From Gammaproteobacteria bacterium (GTDB taxonomy: Bacteria > Pseudomonadota > Gammaproteobacteria > Eutrophobiales > Eutrophobiaceae), in NCBI GenBank assembly GCA_024278135.1, contig JAJRTU010000321.1, forward strand, positions 1 to 63,715: a DNA stretch of 63,715 nt. Direction: 5' to 3'. Positions 50,968 to 60,277 of the stretch are shown in pieces. The position numbers were made by a program, and so were the translations under genes. The notes under the pieces were generated by a model that was not told where the DNA came from, did no database searches, and was given only the letters and a program-made list of their open reading frames with translations. How positions within the stretch are numbered: position 1 is the stretch's first letter; each line of letters begins with the position of its first letter.

Positions 50968-52728
50968 TTATCGGGCGGGTGCTGATTTCTTTGGCTGTCT
51001 GGAAGGAACACTGGGACGATGATACGGGACCACCAATGAAACTTCACCCTGCCTGTGTTTCTGTTTTATCTCCCGCCAGTAGTTCGCCGTGAGCAGATCA
51101 CCATGCACTTCCAGAAACAGCGCCCTGAGCTCATCGTCCATGGACAGAAACTTGATAAATTCTTCAGGGAAGATGTCATTATTATTTACATAATACCAGG
51201 CTTCGGAACGCATCATGTCATCCTCATCACGTGCCTGCGGGATCTCCCTGAAATTACACTCAGTGACCAGGGCCACCTCATCGTAATCATAAAACACCAC
51301 CCGTTCATGGCGGGTGACACCAAAATTCTTCAGCAGTAGATCGCCGGGGAAGATATCCGTATTGGCCAGATCACGGATGGTTTGTCCATAATCCAGTATG
51401 GCCCGTTCCGCAGCGGCACGATGTGCTTCCTGTATATAAAGATTCAACGGTCTTACACGACGCTCGATATAAACATGGTTGATGATCAGATTGTCAGCTT
51501 CAATGATGACGGTTTCACTTGCTTCGCCGAGTAACTCATCCAGCAATTTCGGTGCGAAACGATCCAGCGGAAATTCAAGCATACGAAATTCCTGAGTGTC
51601 TATTAATCTGCCTGCACGGTCATGCTTGGACACCAGTCGGTATTTTTCCAGTACATCATCTCGTTTGATTGTCTTGGGGTAGCCGAATTTGTCACGGATG
51701 ATTTTGAATACCAGATCATAGGAAGGTAAAGTGAAGACGATCATGACCAGACCCTTGTCGCCGGCGGCATGTACAAACTTTTCCGTGGTGCTGTTGAGGT
51801 GATGACTGAAGATCCGATAGCGTTCGGTTTTTCCCTGTCGCAGACGGCCCAGTACTGTATATAGTTCATCGATGGGTTTGCGAGGCAAAATGGTGTGGAG
51901 AAAATGTACAGCGGCGACCACTGAATTGGGATCGGCAAAGTAATAGGAGCGCGTATAACTGAATATGATGCTGACTTCGTCTTCGTACATGAGAACGGCA
52001 TCAACACAAATACCGTCATCCGAATTTTTCAGCGCGATAACAATGGGTGAAATCTTGTTTTGCAGCACTATTCTACCCACCAGGTAGGCGCGCGCGGACT
52101 GGTAAAAGACAGAGTTGATAAACTCAAAGCGCATCAGTTCGTTCAATCCGTCGAAGTTGTTGAGAATATGTTGTTCCACCTCACGGGCTATGAAATCAAC
52201 ATTCTTGTCGATATCGGTATAAGAGACCTTGAAGGCAAAGTCATTGAGGATTTGTGAGAATATATCGGTCAGAGAATCCCAGTAAGGATAACGTTGCAGG
52301 TTTAATGACCGAATCAGTTCCAGTTCATCTTCAAAAGGTGGAGAGACAAACTCCAGTTCCGGGTCAATACCAACAGTACCGAAAATACGACGGGTGATGG
52401 AGTTGAAATAGGTCTTGATAAAGCCGGCATCGGGGACCTTGTCCAGGCGTTCGCCAAAATATTGTATTATTTCGTTCCACAGCCCATGGTCATTTACGCG
52501 CGGACCCAGGGATTTACGCAGGGAAAGTACCAGCCGTTGAACGGATTTTTCATATAAATCAACCCGTTCAACGATATCCTTTTGATGGCCCTGCCAGTCG
52601 CGCTGTTCAAAGCGACGACGGGCGCGGTTGGTGGTGCGACAAAAGGCATCGTTATAGCGCAAAAAGCTGGCATAAATAGCCTTTGCACTTTTTGCAACGA
52701 TGCCTCCGTCGGAGGCGGAACTGCCCAT
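50968..52728 (-). CDS. aceK: bifunctional isocitrate dehydrogenase kinase/phosphatase
   Basis: 586 aa, full-length AceK-like (FLRYNDAF...TRSYF...DRAGRL.DTQEF...FPGDLLLKNFGVTRHERVVFYDYDE). Confidence 0.92.
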   Translation of the reverse strand: MGSSASDGGIVAKSAKAIYASFLRYNDAFCRTTNRARRRFEQRDWQGHQKDIVERVDLYEKSVQRLVLSLRKSLGPRVNDHGLWNEIIQYFGERLDKVPDAGFIKTYFNSITRRIFGTVGIDPELEFVSPPFEDELELIRSLNLQRYPYWDSLTDIFSQILNDFAFKVSYTDIDKNVDFIAREVEQHILNNFDGLNELMRFEFINSVFYQSARAYLVGRIVLQNKISPIVIALKNSDDGICVDAVLMYEDEVSIIFSYTRSYYFADPNSVVAAVHFLHTILPRKPIDELYTVLGRLRQGKTERYRIFSHHLNSTTEKFVHAAGDKGLVMIVFTLPSYDLVFKIIRDKFGYPKTIKRDDVLEKYRLVSKHDRAGRLIDTQEFRMLEFPLDRFAPKLLDELLGEASETVIIEADNLIINHVYIERRVRPLNLYIQEAHRAAAERAILDYGQTIRDLANTDIFPGDLLLKNFGVTRHERVVFYDYDEVALVTECNFREIPQARDEDDMMRSEAWYYVNNNDIFPEEFIKFLSMDDELRALFLEVHGDLLTANYWREIKQKHRQGEVSLVVPYHRPSVPSRQPKKSAPAR

Positions 52729-54024
52729 TTACATATTGGCAACCATGGCTTCGGCAAAAGCACTGCATTTCACTTCATTCGCGCCTTCCATCAAGCGGGC
52801 AAAATCATAAGTGACCGTTTTCTGGGCAATGGTCCTGTCCATGGACTGGAGCACCAGTTCCGCGGCTTCAGTCCAGCCCAGATAGCGCAGCATCATCTCA
52901 CCGGAAAGAATCAACGAACCCGGGTTGACCTTGTCCTGGCCTGCGTATTTCGGCGCCGTGCCGTGAGTTGCTTCAAAAATGGCGTGGCCGGTGTCGTAAT
53001 TGATGTTGCCACCAGGTGCAATGCCGATACCACCCACCTGTGCCGCCAGGGCATCGGAGAGGTAATCACCATTGAGATTCATCGTCGCGATCACATCAAA
53101 TTCTTTCGGTCGTGTCAGCACCTGTTGCAGGGTAATGTCGGCGATGGCGTCCTTGATCAGGATCTTGCCGGCGGCCAGGGCCTCTTCCTGCTGCTGGTTG
53201 GCTACGTCATTGCCCTTTTCAGCGGCGGTGCGTTCCCATTGATCCCAGCTGTAGGTATCATCCGGGAATGCCTCTTCGGCCAGCTGATAACCCCAGTTAC
53301 GAAAGGCACCCTCGGTGAATTTCATGATGTTGCCCTTGTGTACCAGGGTCACGCTTTTACGCTTGTTGTCGATGGCAAATTTAACTGCGGCACGCATCAG
53401 ACGATAGGTCCCTTCCTGTGAAATGGGTTTAACGCCAATGCCTGCCGTGTCAGGAAAGCGAATTTTCTGATATTGCTCCGGGAAAGTCTCTTTGAACAGG
53501 TCAAGAAACTTCTTTACGTCCTCGCTGCCTTCCTCAAATTCAATACCGGTGTAAATATCTTCTGTATTTTCACGGAAAATCACCATATCGACAGATTCAG
53601 GGTGGAGGATGGGGGAGGGCACGCCTTTGAACCAACGTACCGGACGCAAGCAGACATAGAGGTCAAGAATCTGTCTCAGCGCCACATTCAGGGAGCGGAT
53701 ACCGCCACCAATTGGCGTTGTCAGCGGGCCTTTGATGGAGACCAGGTATTTCCGACAATGATCCAGGGTTTCTTCCGGTAACCAGGAACCTGTCTGGTTA
53801 TTGGCTTTCTCTCCTGCCAATACCTCCAGCCAGTGGATCTGTCTGTTGCCACCGTAGGCCTTGTTGACGGCGGCATCGAGCACCATGTTGGTTGCACGCC
53901 AAACATCGGGGCCGATACCGTCACCTTCTATGTAGGGGATAACAGGATTGACCGGAACTTCCAGTTTGCCGTTTGAAATAGTGATTTTCGCCCCTTCTGC
54001 GGGCGATTGCGTTGCTGTTGCCAC
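52729..54024 (-). CDS. icd: NADP-dependent isocitrate dehydrogenase (homodimeric, AceK-regulated type)
   Basis: [12 protein letters not shown]; SIKGPLTTP with the phosphorylatable Ser context; [25 protein letters not shown]. 431 aa. Confidence 0.95.
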   Translation of the reverse strand: MATATQSPAEGAKITISNGKLEVPVNPVIPYIEGDGIGPDVWRATNMVLDAAVNKAYGGNRQIHWLEVLAGEKANNQTGSWLPEETLDHCRKYLVSIKGPLTTPIGGGIRSLNVALRQILDLYVCLRPVRWFKGVPSPILHPESVDMVIFRENTEDIYTGIEFEEGSEDVKKFLDLFKETFPEQYQKIRFPDTAGIGVKPISQEGTYRLMRAAVKFAIDNKRKSVTLVHKGNIMKFTEGAFRNWGYQLAEEAFPDDTYSWDQWERTAAEKGNDVANQQQEEALAAGKILIKDAIADITLQQVLTRPKEFDVIATMNLNGDYLSDALAAQVGGIGIAPGGNINYDTGHAIFEATHGTAPKYAGQDKVNPGSLILSGEMMLRYLGWTEAAELVLQSMDRTIAQKTVTYDFARLMEGANEVKCSAFAEAMVANM

Positions 54025-54136
54025 GAATACTCTCCTCTGATTTAGCTTCAGTTAAAAAGAAATTCAATTACGAATCCGGCATACGGGGATCGCCTCAGGC
54101 AAGCCCGTTCAATATGCGCATATTCGTTATATTGTA

Positions 54137-54165
54137 TTGACATATTCTACCGCTTTCTCTATCTT
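54137..54165 (+). promoter_or_regulatory. candidate sigma70 promoter for metZ (TTGACA-17 nt-TATCTT)
   Basis: TTGACA at 54137-54142, 17-nt spacer, TATCTT at 54160-54165. The predicted start falls just before the structured leader. Confidence 0.4.
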
Positions 54166-54172
54166 AATGCCT

Positions 54173-54224
54173 GCGCCGATTTGATATTCAGCTTGCGGGC
54201 GCATAATAAATACGGCTAAAGAGA
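54173..54224 (+). ncRNA. possible SAM-II/SAM-V-like pseudoknot riboswitch in the metZ leader
   Basis: GCGCC(54173-77)GAUUUGAUAUUCAGCUUGCGGGCGC(54198-202 closes a 5-bp stem) is followed by the A-rich AUAAUAAAUACGGCUAAAGAG. The CGAUUU...GCUUG...GCUAAAG elements recall the metA/SAM-II motif as I remember it. Not verified with a covariance model. Confidence 0.3.
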
Positions 54225-54299
54225 GGCAAGCCCCTTCAGTACATCGCTTCCAGGTCTGACTCTTTAACAATGCTGAGTATATATGCATAGGAGACAGCC

Positions 54300-55496
54300 A
54301 TGAGTAAACTTGATCCCAAGCTGTATGGCAATGACACCAATGCGGTGCGTGCCGGCCAACAACGCAGCAGCGAAGGTGAAAACAGCGAGCCGATATTTAC
54401 CAGTTCCAGTTTCACCTTTAAAAGCGCCGCCGAGGCGGCCGCCAGATTCGCCGGTGATGAATCGGGTAACATCTATTCACGTTTCACCAATCCAACGGTC
54501 AGGACCTTTGAAGAAAGACTGGCGGCACTGGAAGGGGGAGAGCGTTGCGTGGCCACCTCCTCCGGCATGAGCGCGATACTCAGTACCTGTATGGGGCTGT
54601 TGAAAGCGGGGGATCACATCGTCTCTTCCGCCAGTATTTTCGGTACCTCTGTCAGTCTGTTCAGCAAGGTACTGTCGAAATTCGACCTGCACACCAGCTT
54701 TGTCACATTGACCGACTACAATGCCTGGGAAGCGGCGATCCGTCCCGAGACTCGTATGCTGTTTCTGGAAACCCCGTCCAACCCGCTGACTGAAATCGCC
54801 GATATTCGTCGTCTGGCGGATCTGGCCCACAGTCGGGACTGTTTACTGGTTGTTGATAATTGTTTTTGTACGCCGGTTTTGCAGCGTCCATTTGAGCTGG
54901 GTGCCGATATTGTTATCCACTCCGCCACCAAATACCTTGATGGTCAGGGACGCTGTATTGGTGGCGCGGTGATTGGCAGGGAAGATGTGGTCGGGGAAGA
55001 TATCTTTGCTTTTCTGCGCACTGCCGGACCAAGCATGAGTCCGTTCAATGCATGGGTATTTCTCAAAGGTCTGGAGACCCTGAGGTTGCGTATGCAGGAA
55101 CATTGCCGAAACGCACAACAAATTGCCGAATGGTTGATGCGACAGGAGGGTATCGAAAAAGTGTATTATCCCGGCTTGCAAGGTCATCCCCAGCACGCAC
55201 TGGCCAGGACACAACAAAGCGGTTTCGGGGGCATTGTCAGTTTTGAGCTTGTAGGTGGAAAGGCCGCCGCCTGGCGGTTTATTGATGCGACAGAGCTGTT
55301 TTCAATTACGTCCAATCTGGGGGACACCAAGAGTACCATCACCCACCCCGCCAGCACGACCCATAACAAGCTAAGCGATGCGGAACGTCAGGCAGTGGGT
55401 ATCAATGAGGGGCTGATCCGTTTATCTCTGGGGCTTGAAGATATCAATGATATTAAAGCTGATTTACATAAAGGTTTCCTTAAGGTATTAAAATAA
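54300..55496 (+). CDS. metZ: O-succinylhomoserine sulfhydrylase
   Basis: Cys/Met-metabolism PLP family with SATKYLDGQG lysine motif. MetZ-like N-terminus (TNAVRAGQQRSSEGENSEPIFTSSSFTFKSAAEAAARFAG). AGGAGA SD. Confidence 0.85.
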   Translation: MSKLDPKLYGNDTNAVRAGQQRSSEGENSEPIFTSSSFTFKSAAEAAARFAGDESGNIYSRFTNPTVRTFEERLAALEGGERCVATSSGMSAILSTCMGLLKAGDHIVSSASIFGTSVSLFSKVLSKFDLHTSFVTLTDYNAWEAAIRPETRMLFLETPSNPLTEIADIRRLADLAHSRDCLLVVDNCFCTPVLQRPFELGADIVIHSATKYLDGQGRCIGGAVIGREDVVGEDIFAFLRTAGPSMSPFNAWVFLKGLETLRLRMQEHCRNAQQIAEWLMRQEGIEKVYYPGLQGHPQHALARTQQSGFGGIVSFELVGGKAAAWRFIDATELFSITSNLGDTKSTITHPASTTHNKLSDAERQAVGINEGLIRLSLGLEDINDIKADLHKGFLKVLK

Positions 55497-55778
55497 AAGA
55501 AGTTTTTGTTCTACGTGCCCTGAAGTTATCTGATGCGTAAAATAAAAGTATCTGGATTTCCCCCGGCATTTTGTGTTGAAATGCACGGATCAATTCCGTA
55601 AGCGGGCATAAGAGGGAGTAGCCGTAGCTGTCCGCACACGAAAAATAATTAAAAATCGGGTGGTATCAGCGGAACCCGTAAGAATTTGATTTCGTGAATG
55701 TGCCGGACGCCGCGTCGAGCATTTACATCTTTTTTTCCTTTTAACTTTACGAGCGATAATCCTGACAGGAGGACGACT

Positions 55779-56957
55779 ATGCCCGGACGTAATTTTCTTT
55801 ATATACCTGGCCCGACCAACGTGCCGCAACGGATCCGTAATGCCATGTCTCTGGAACAGGAAGACATGCGTGCTGCTGATTTCCCTGAGTTCACTCTGCC
55901 CCTGTTTGAAGACATGAAGAAGATGTTCAAGACAGAGACAGGCCGCGTGTTTATTTACCCCGCCTCCGGTACCGGTGGTTGGGAAGCCGCTGTGACCAAT
56001 ACCCTTTCCGCAGGTGACAAAGTTCTCATGTCACACTTCGGGCATTTCAGTTATCTGTGGGTGGATCTTTGTCAACGCCATGGTCTTGATGTGCAGGCCC
56101 TGGAAGTGGACTGGGGTGAAGGCGTGCCTGTGGAGCAATATGCCGATATTCTCAAGGCCGATACCAACAGGGAGATCAAGGCGGTATTCGCCACACAAAA
56201 CGAAACGGCCACCGGTGTCGCCAGTGATATCGCCGCCGTGCGCAAGGCCCTGGATGACGCCGATCACCCGGCCCTGTTGTTTGTCGACGGCGTCAGTTCC
56301 GTCGGGAGTCTGGATTTTCGTATGGACGAGTGGGGTGTGGATCTGTGTGTCAGTGGTTCACAAAAGGGTTTTATGTTGCCTACCGGTCTCGGTATTGTCT
56401 GTGCCAGCCAGAAAGCGCTGGAAGCACGCAAGAGCGCTACCTTGCCACGTACTTTTTTCTCCTTTGACGATATGATTGCCGGTAATGACAATGGCTTCTT
56501 TCCTTATACACCGCCGACCATACTGTTGCGCGGTTTGCGAGAGGCGGTGGACATGTTACTGGAAGAGGGGCTGGATAATGTCTTCGCCCGCCATACACGC
56601 ATGGCGACAGCAGTACGCAAGGCCGTCGCAGCCTGGGGCCTGACCCTGGTCGCCAATGAAGAAAAATGGTACTCCGATACGGTTTCCGCAATCTACGTGC
56701 CGGAAGGTTTTGATGGCAATGAAGTGGCACGTCATGCCTACAAATATTACAACCTGGCCCTGTCCATCAGTCTTGGCAAGATCGCCGGCAAGGCATTTCG
56801 TATCGGTCATCTGGGTGATTTGAACGAAATGATGCTGATGACGCCGCTGGCCGGTGCTGAAATGGCCATGCATGACCTGGGTATTCCACTGGAGTTAGGC
56901 AGCGGTGTGGCCGCGGCGCAGGAATATCTGTGCAGCACCAGGCAGGCACGTATCTGA
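55779..56957 (+). CDS. sga: serine--glyoxylate aminotransferase
   Basis: Class V aminotransferase. From memory, close to Methylobacterium SgaA throughout (PGRN.L..PGPTN.P.R...AM, HPALLFVDGVSSVGSL, GSQKG.MLP.GLG, FRIGHLGDLNE). ATG at 55779 follows CAGGAGGA. Confidence 0.88.
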   Translation: MPGRNFLYIPGPTNVPQRIRNAMSLEQEDMRAADFPEFTLPLFEDMKKMFKTETGRVFIYPASGTGGWEAAVTNTLSAGDKVLMSHFGHFSYLWVDLCQRHGLDVQALEVDWGEGVPVEQYADILKADTNREIKAVFATQNETATGVASDIAAVRKALDDADHPALLFVDGVSSVGSLDFRMDEWGVDLCVSGSQKGFMLPTGLGIVCASQKALEARKSATLPRTFFSFDDMIAGNDNGFFPYTPPTILLRGLREAVDMLLEEGLDNVFARHTRMATAVRKAVAAWGLTLVANEEKWYSDTVSAIYVPEGFDGNEVARHAYKYYNLALSISLGKIAGKAFRIGHLGDLNEMMLMTPLAGAEMAMHDLGIPLELGSGVAAAQEYLCSTRQARI

Positions 56958-56971
56958 TTTGACGTCGACTT

Positions 56972-57006
56972 GTCACCGAAATCACCTTCCGGGTGGTTTC
57001 GGTGAC
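56972..57006 (+). promoter_or_regulatory. intercistronic stem-loop between sga and mcl (15-bp stem, no U-tract)
   Basis: GTCACCGAAATCACC-ttccg-GGTGGTTTCGGTGAC with one G-U pair. Starts 15 nt after the sga stop. Confidence 0.5.
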
Positions 57007-57077
57007 GAAGCCTCGTAATGACAAATAGCTGATATCGACTTCAGTTCTTTGCCATTCCTTTACAGGAGACCTTTGCT

Positions 57078-58025
57078 ATGAGTTTTACTCAATACGAGCA
57101 GGCGCGTACACGTTTGCAACGCAGTGAGCTGGCCGTACCCGGCTCCAATCCTCAATTGTTTGATAAAGCCGCCAACTCAGCGGCCGATTTCGTCTTCCTT
57201 GATTGTGAAGATGCTGTTATTCCCGATGACAAGGAACAGGCACGTCGCAATATCATTGAGGCGCTGAATGATATTGACTGGCAGGGCAAGACGCTGTCCG
57301 TACGCATCAATGGGCTGGATACACACTACATGTATCGCGACGTGGTCGACATTGTCGAACAGGCGGGTGAGAACCTGGATACCATCCTGATCCCCAAAGT
57401 GGGTACTGCTGCCGATGTCTATGTGGTGGATTGTCTGTTGACCCAGATTGAAGATGCCATGGGTCTGAAGAAAAAGATCGGTCTTGAATGTCTGATCTAA
57501 ACCGCACTGGGCGGCGCCAACGTCATGTCCATCGCCCAGTCAAGCAGACGGCTTGAAGCCCTGCATTTTGGTGTGGCCGATTACGCTGCCAGCATGCGTG
57601 CACGGACGGTGGTGATTGGCGGTTTGAATCCAGACTACCAATGTGAAGGAGCCCTGGCTGATCAATGGCATGCGGCCCTGGTCAATATGGCCACGGCCTG
57701 TCGTGCCTATGGCCTGCGTGCCATCGACGGCCCCTTCGGGGACTTTAGTGATCCTGAGGCATTCAAGGCCGCCGCACGACGTGTTGCCGCTTTGGGATAC
57801 GAAGGCAAATGGGCTATTCATCCCAGCCAAATCGAGCTGGCGAATGAGGTGATGTCGCCGCCCGAAGCCGAAGTGACACGGGCAAAACGGACACTGGAAG
57901 CGTTGGAGGAAGCCGCCAAAGCGGGCAAGGGCGCAGCCCAGCTTGATGGCAAGATGATTGACGCTGCATCCGAACGTATGGCACGTAATATTGTCAGCCA
58001 GGCAGAGCTCATCGCCACACGTTAA
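57078..58025 (+). pseudogene. mcl: malyl-CoA lyase (HpcH/CitE family) interrupted by an in-frame TAA at 57498-57500
   Basis: ORFs 57078..57500 and 57525..58025 share one frame. Read through, the product is a full-length Mcl (RSELAVPGSNP, FLDCEDAV, RINGLDTHYMYRDVVDIV, LECLI*TALG, FGVADYAAS, DGPFGDFSD, GKWAIHPSQIELANEV). Confidence 0.85.
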
Positions 58026-58110
58026 AGGTGGCAAAGAAAACATGCCGGCAGAATTCGTAATATCAATCTTTTAAGCTTTTAACTATTCAACTTTATCGGA
58101 GGTAGTCAAC

Positions 58111-59286
58111 ATGGATATCCATGAGTATCAGGCAAAAGAAATCCTCTCGGATTTCGGTATATTGATCCCGCCCGGCGGACTGGCTTACAGTCCTGAACAG
58201 GCCGTGTATCGATGTAAGGAAATCGGCGGCGACAAATGGGCCGTCAAGGCGCAGATCCATTCGGGTGCACGGGGTAAGGCGGGTGGCATTAAAATATGCA
58301 GTAACGATGATGAGATCTGGGATGCGGCTGATGAACTGCTCGGCAAGCGCCTGATTACCCATCAGACCGGTCCGCAGGGTAAGGTGGTCCACCGTTTATA
58401 CGTGGAAGCGGCCACAGACATAGAAAAAGAATATTACATCGGCTTCGTGCTGGATCGACAGATGGAGCGCGTGGCGGTGGTGGCATCGGCCGAGGGCGGA
58501 ATGGAGATCGAAGAGATATCACAGGGCAAACCCGATTCGCTCATCCGCGTTGCGGTGGAGCCGGCTGTGGGGATGCAACCCTTCCAGGCCCGTGAAATAG
58601 CCTTTAAGCTCGGCATAGAAAGATCTTTAATTTCTCAGGCGGTCACGACATTGCTGGGATGCTATCGTGCCTTTCGCGATATGGATGCCACCATGGTGGA
58701 GATTAACCCGCTGGTCGTGACCAAAGATCATCGTTTACTGGCCCTGGATGCCAAGGTCTCCTTTGATGATAACGCGCTGTTTCGCAGTCCCAACATATCT
58801 GAATTACGTGACAAGTCCCAGGAAGATCCGCGCGAAATGAAAGCGGCAGACCGGGGTCTGAGCTATGTCGGTCTGGAGGGAAATATCGGCTGTATTATCA
58901 ATGGTGCCGGTCTGGCCATGGCCACGATGGACATGATCAAACATGCAGGCGGTGAACCGGCTAATTTTCTTGATATCGGTGGTGGCGCCTCGGCTGATCG
59001 CGTCGCCAAAGCTTTCAATCTGGTCTTGTCCGATGACAAGGTGGAAACCATGGTGGTGAACATTTTTGCCGGTATCAATCGATGTGACTGGGTGGCTGAT
59101 GGCGTTGTGCAGGCCGTCAGCAAGATTGATCTGAAAATGCCTCTCATCGTCAGACTCTCCGGTACCAATCAGGACGAGGGCAGGCGGATTCTGAAAGACA
59201 GCGGCCTGCCGATTATTATGGCGGACACACTGCGGGATGTTGCCGAGAAAGCCGTCAAGGCCTGGCAGGAACATACGGGAAAATAA
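58111..59286 (+). CDS. mtkA: malate--CoA ligase (malate thiokinase) subunit beta
   Basis: ATP-grasp SucC-like protein ([10 protein letters not shown]...[18 protein letters not shown]...[14 protein letters not shown]...). From memory, closest to MtkA. Located between mcl and the hydroxypyruvate reductase gene. Confidence 0.82.
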   Translation: MDIHEYQAKEILSDFGILIPPGGLAYSPEQAVYRCKEIGGDKWAVKAQIHSGARGKAGGIKICSNDDEIWDAADELLGKRLITHQTGPQGKVVHRLYVEAATDIEKEYYIGFVLDRQMERVAVVASAEGGMEIEEISQGKPDSLIRVAVEPAVGMQPFQAREIAFKLGIERSLISQAVTTLLGCYRAFRDMDATMVEINPLVVTKDHRLLALDAKVSFDDNALFRSPNISELRDKSQEDPREMKAADRGLSYVGLEGNIGCIINGAGLAMATMDMIKHAGGEPANFLDIGGGASADRVAKAFNLVLSDDKVETMVVNIFAGINRCDWVADGVVQAVSKIDLKMPLIVRLSGTNQDEGRRILKDSGLPIIMADTLRDVAEKAVKAWQEHTGK

Positions 59287-59290
59287 CAAC

Positions 59291-60178
59291 ATGACTATAT
59301 TAATTGACGAAAACACCAGGGTACTGGTACAGGGATTTACCGGTCAGATCGGCACCTTCCATTCCACGGAAATGCTGGAGTACGGGACCAATATCGTGGG
59401 TGGCGTGACCCCCGGCAAAGGTGGCAACACACACCTGGAAAAGCCGGTATTCGATACGATGAAAGATGCTGTCGGGGAGACAGGCGCTGTGACCAGTATT
59501 ATATTTGTCCCTCCCCCCTTTGCTGCAGACAGTATCATGGAAGCAGCTGATGCCGGGATCAAGTATTGCGTCTGTATTACCGATGGCATCCCCGCCCATG
59601 ACATGATCCGCGTGAAGCGTTATATGCGTCGCTATCGGGAAAGTGAGAAGATGGTGCTGACCGGCCCCAACTGCGCCGGTACTATCAGTCCGGGGAAATC
59701 CATGATGGGCATCATGCCGGGTAATATATACACGGCCGGCAATGTCGGTATCATCGGTCGTTCAGGCACGCTCGGCTATGAAGCGGCCTCGCAAATGAAA
59801 GCGATGGGGATCGGTGTGTCCACCAGCGTCGGTATTGGTGGCGATCCCATCAATGGCAGCTCTTTTAGTGATCACCTGGCCCGTTTTGAAGAAGATCCGG
59901 ACACAAAAGCGGTGGTCATGATTGGTGAAATCGGTGGTCCACAGGAGACGGATGCCGCGCTGTTCTACAAGGAAAACATGAAGACACCGGTGATGGGATA
60001 TATCGCTGGACTGACGGCACCGAAGGGCCGCCGCATGGGACATGCCGGTGCCATTATTTCCGCCTTCGGTGAAAGTGCCGCGGAAAAAGTGGAGATATTG
60101 CAGGAATGCGGCGTCATTGTGGTGCCCAGTCCATCTGATTTTGGCACCGTAGTAAAAGACGTATTGGCGAAACTGTAA
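59291..60178 (+). CDS. mtkB: malate--CoA ligase (malate thiokinase) subunit alpha
   Basis: SucD-like CoA-binding protein (VLVQGFTGQIGTFHS..., GPNCAGTISPG, MGHAGAIIS phospho-His loop). ATG lies 4 nt after the mtkA stop. Confidence 0.82.
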   Translation: MTILIDENTRVLVQGFTGQIGTFHSTEMLEYGTNIVGGVTPGKGGNTHLEKPVFDTMKDAVGETGAVTSIIFVPPPFAADSIMEAADAGIKYCVCITDGIPAHDMIRVKRYMRRYRESEKMVLTGPNCAGTISPGKSMMGIMPGNIYTAGNVGIIGRSGTLGYEAASQMKAMGIGVSTSVGIGGDPINGSSFSDHLARFEEDPDTKAVVMIGEIGGPQETDAALFYKENMKTPVMGYIAGLTAPKGRRMGHAGAIISAFGESAAEKVEILQECGVIVVPSPSDFGTVVKDVLAKL

Positions 60179-60196
60179 AAATGCGGTCGTTACAAG

Positions 60197-60232
60197 GCAG
60201 GATGGGCAAAGGCTGCGCCGTGCCCATCCTGC
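60197..60232 (+). promoter_or_regulatory. perfect 12-bp stem-loop after mtkB (weak terminator or mRNA stabiliser)
   Basis: GCAGGATGGGCA-aaggctgcgccg-TGCCCATCCTGC is followed by GTTAT, only a weak U-tract. Confidence 0.5.
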
Positions 60233-60277
60233 GTTATCAGTAGAAGTTGGGATAAGAACAGTGTCGGGAGGAAATTA

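Noticed and set aside
52582-53421. 279-aa + strand ORF spanning the icd/aceK junction
   Set aside because: It is antisense to two strongly conserved genes (icd, aceK). It has low-complexity G/A/V/H-rich composition, no SD and no recognisable motifs, so it is a shadow ORF of the opposite strand.
55497-55778. 282-bp region upstream of sga with recurring CCGTAAG and GAA(A)TG(C/T)(A/G)CCGG words, considered as a riboswitch or repeated regulator site
   Set aside because: The words are short, in inconsistent order and do not form a convincing structure. The region is most likely an ordinary promoter or regulator-binding region, possibly for a serine-cycle LysR-type regulator. I cannot support a specific call.
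8991-57500. Whether the in-frame TAG (8991) and TAA (57498) indicate stop-codon reassignment, pyrrolysine or a suppressor system
   Set aside because: Both codons end many conserved genes here at the expected protein termini. TAG ends nuoA, nuoF, nuoH, nuoN and the vWA-FHA gene. TAA ends icd, aceK, rph, nuoM and mtkA. Two different stop codons are involved, and no tRNA or pyl genes are present in the window. Ordinary nonsense mutations or base-call errors are the simpler explanation.
58111-60178. Whether these two genes are succinyl-CoA synthetase (sucCD) rather than malate thiokinase
   Set aside because: No sucAB or sdh genes are adjacent. The pair sits between mcl and hydroxypyruvate reductase/ppc. 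From memory, the sequences track Methylobacterium MtkA/MtkB closely (e.g. [25 protein letters not shown]). A phylogeny would settle it, so confidence is kept at about 0.8.
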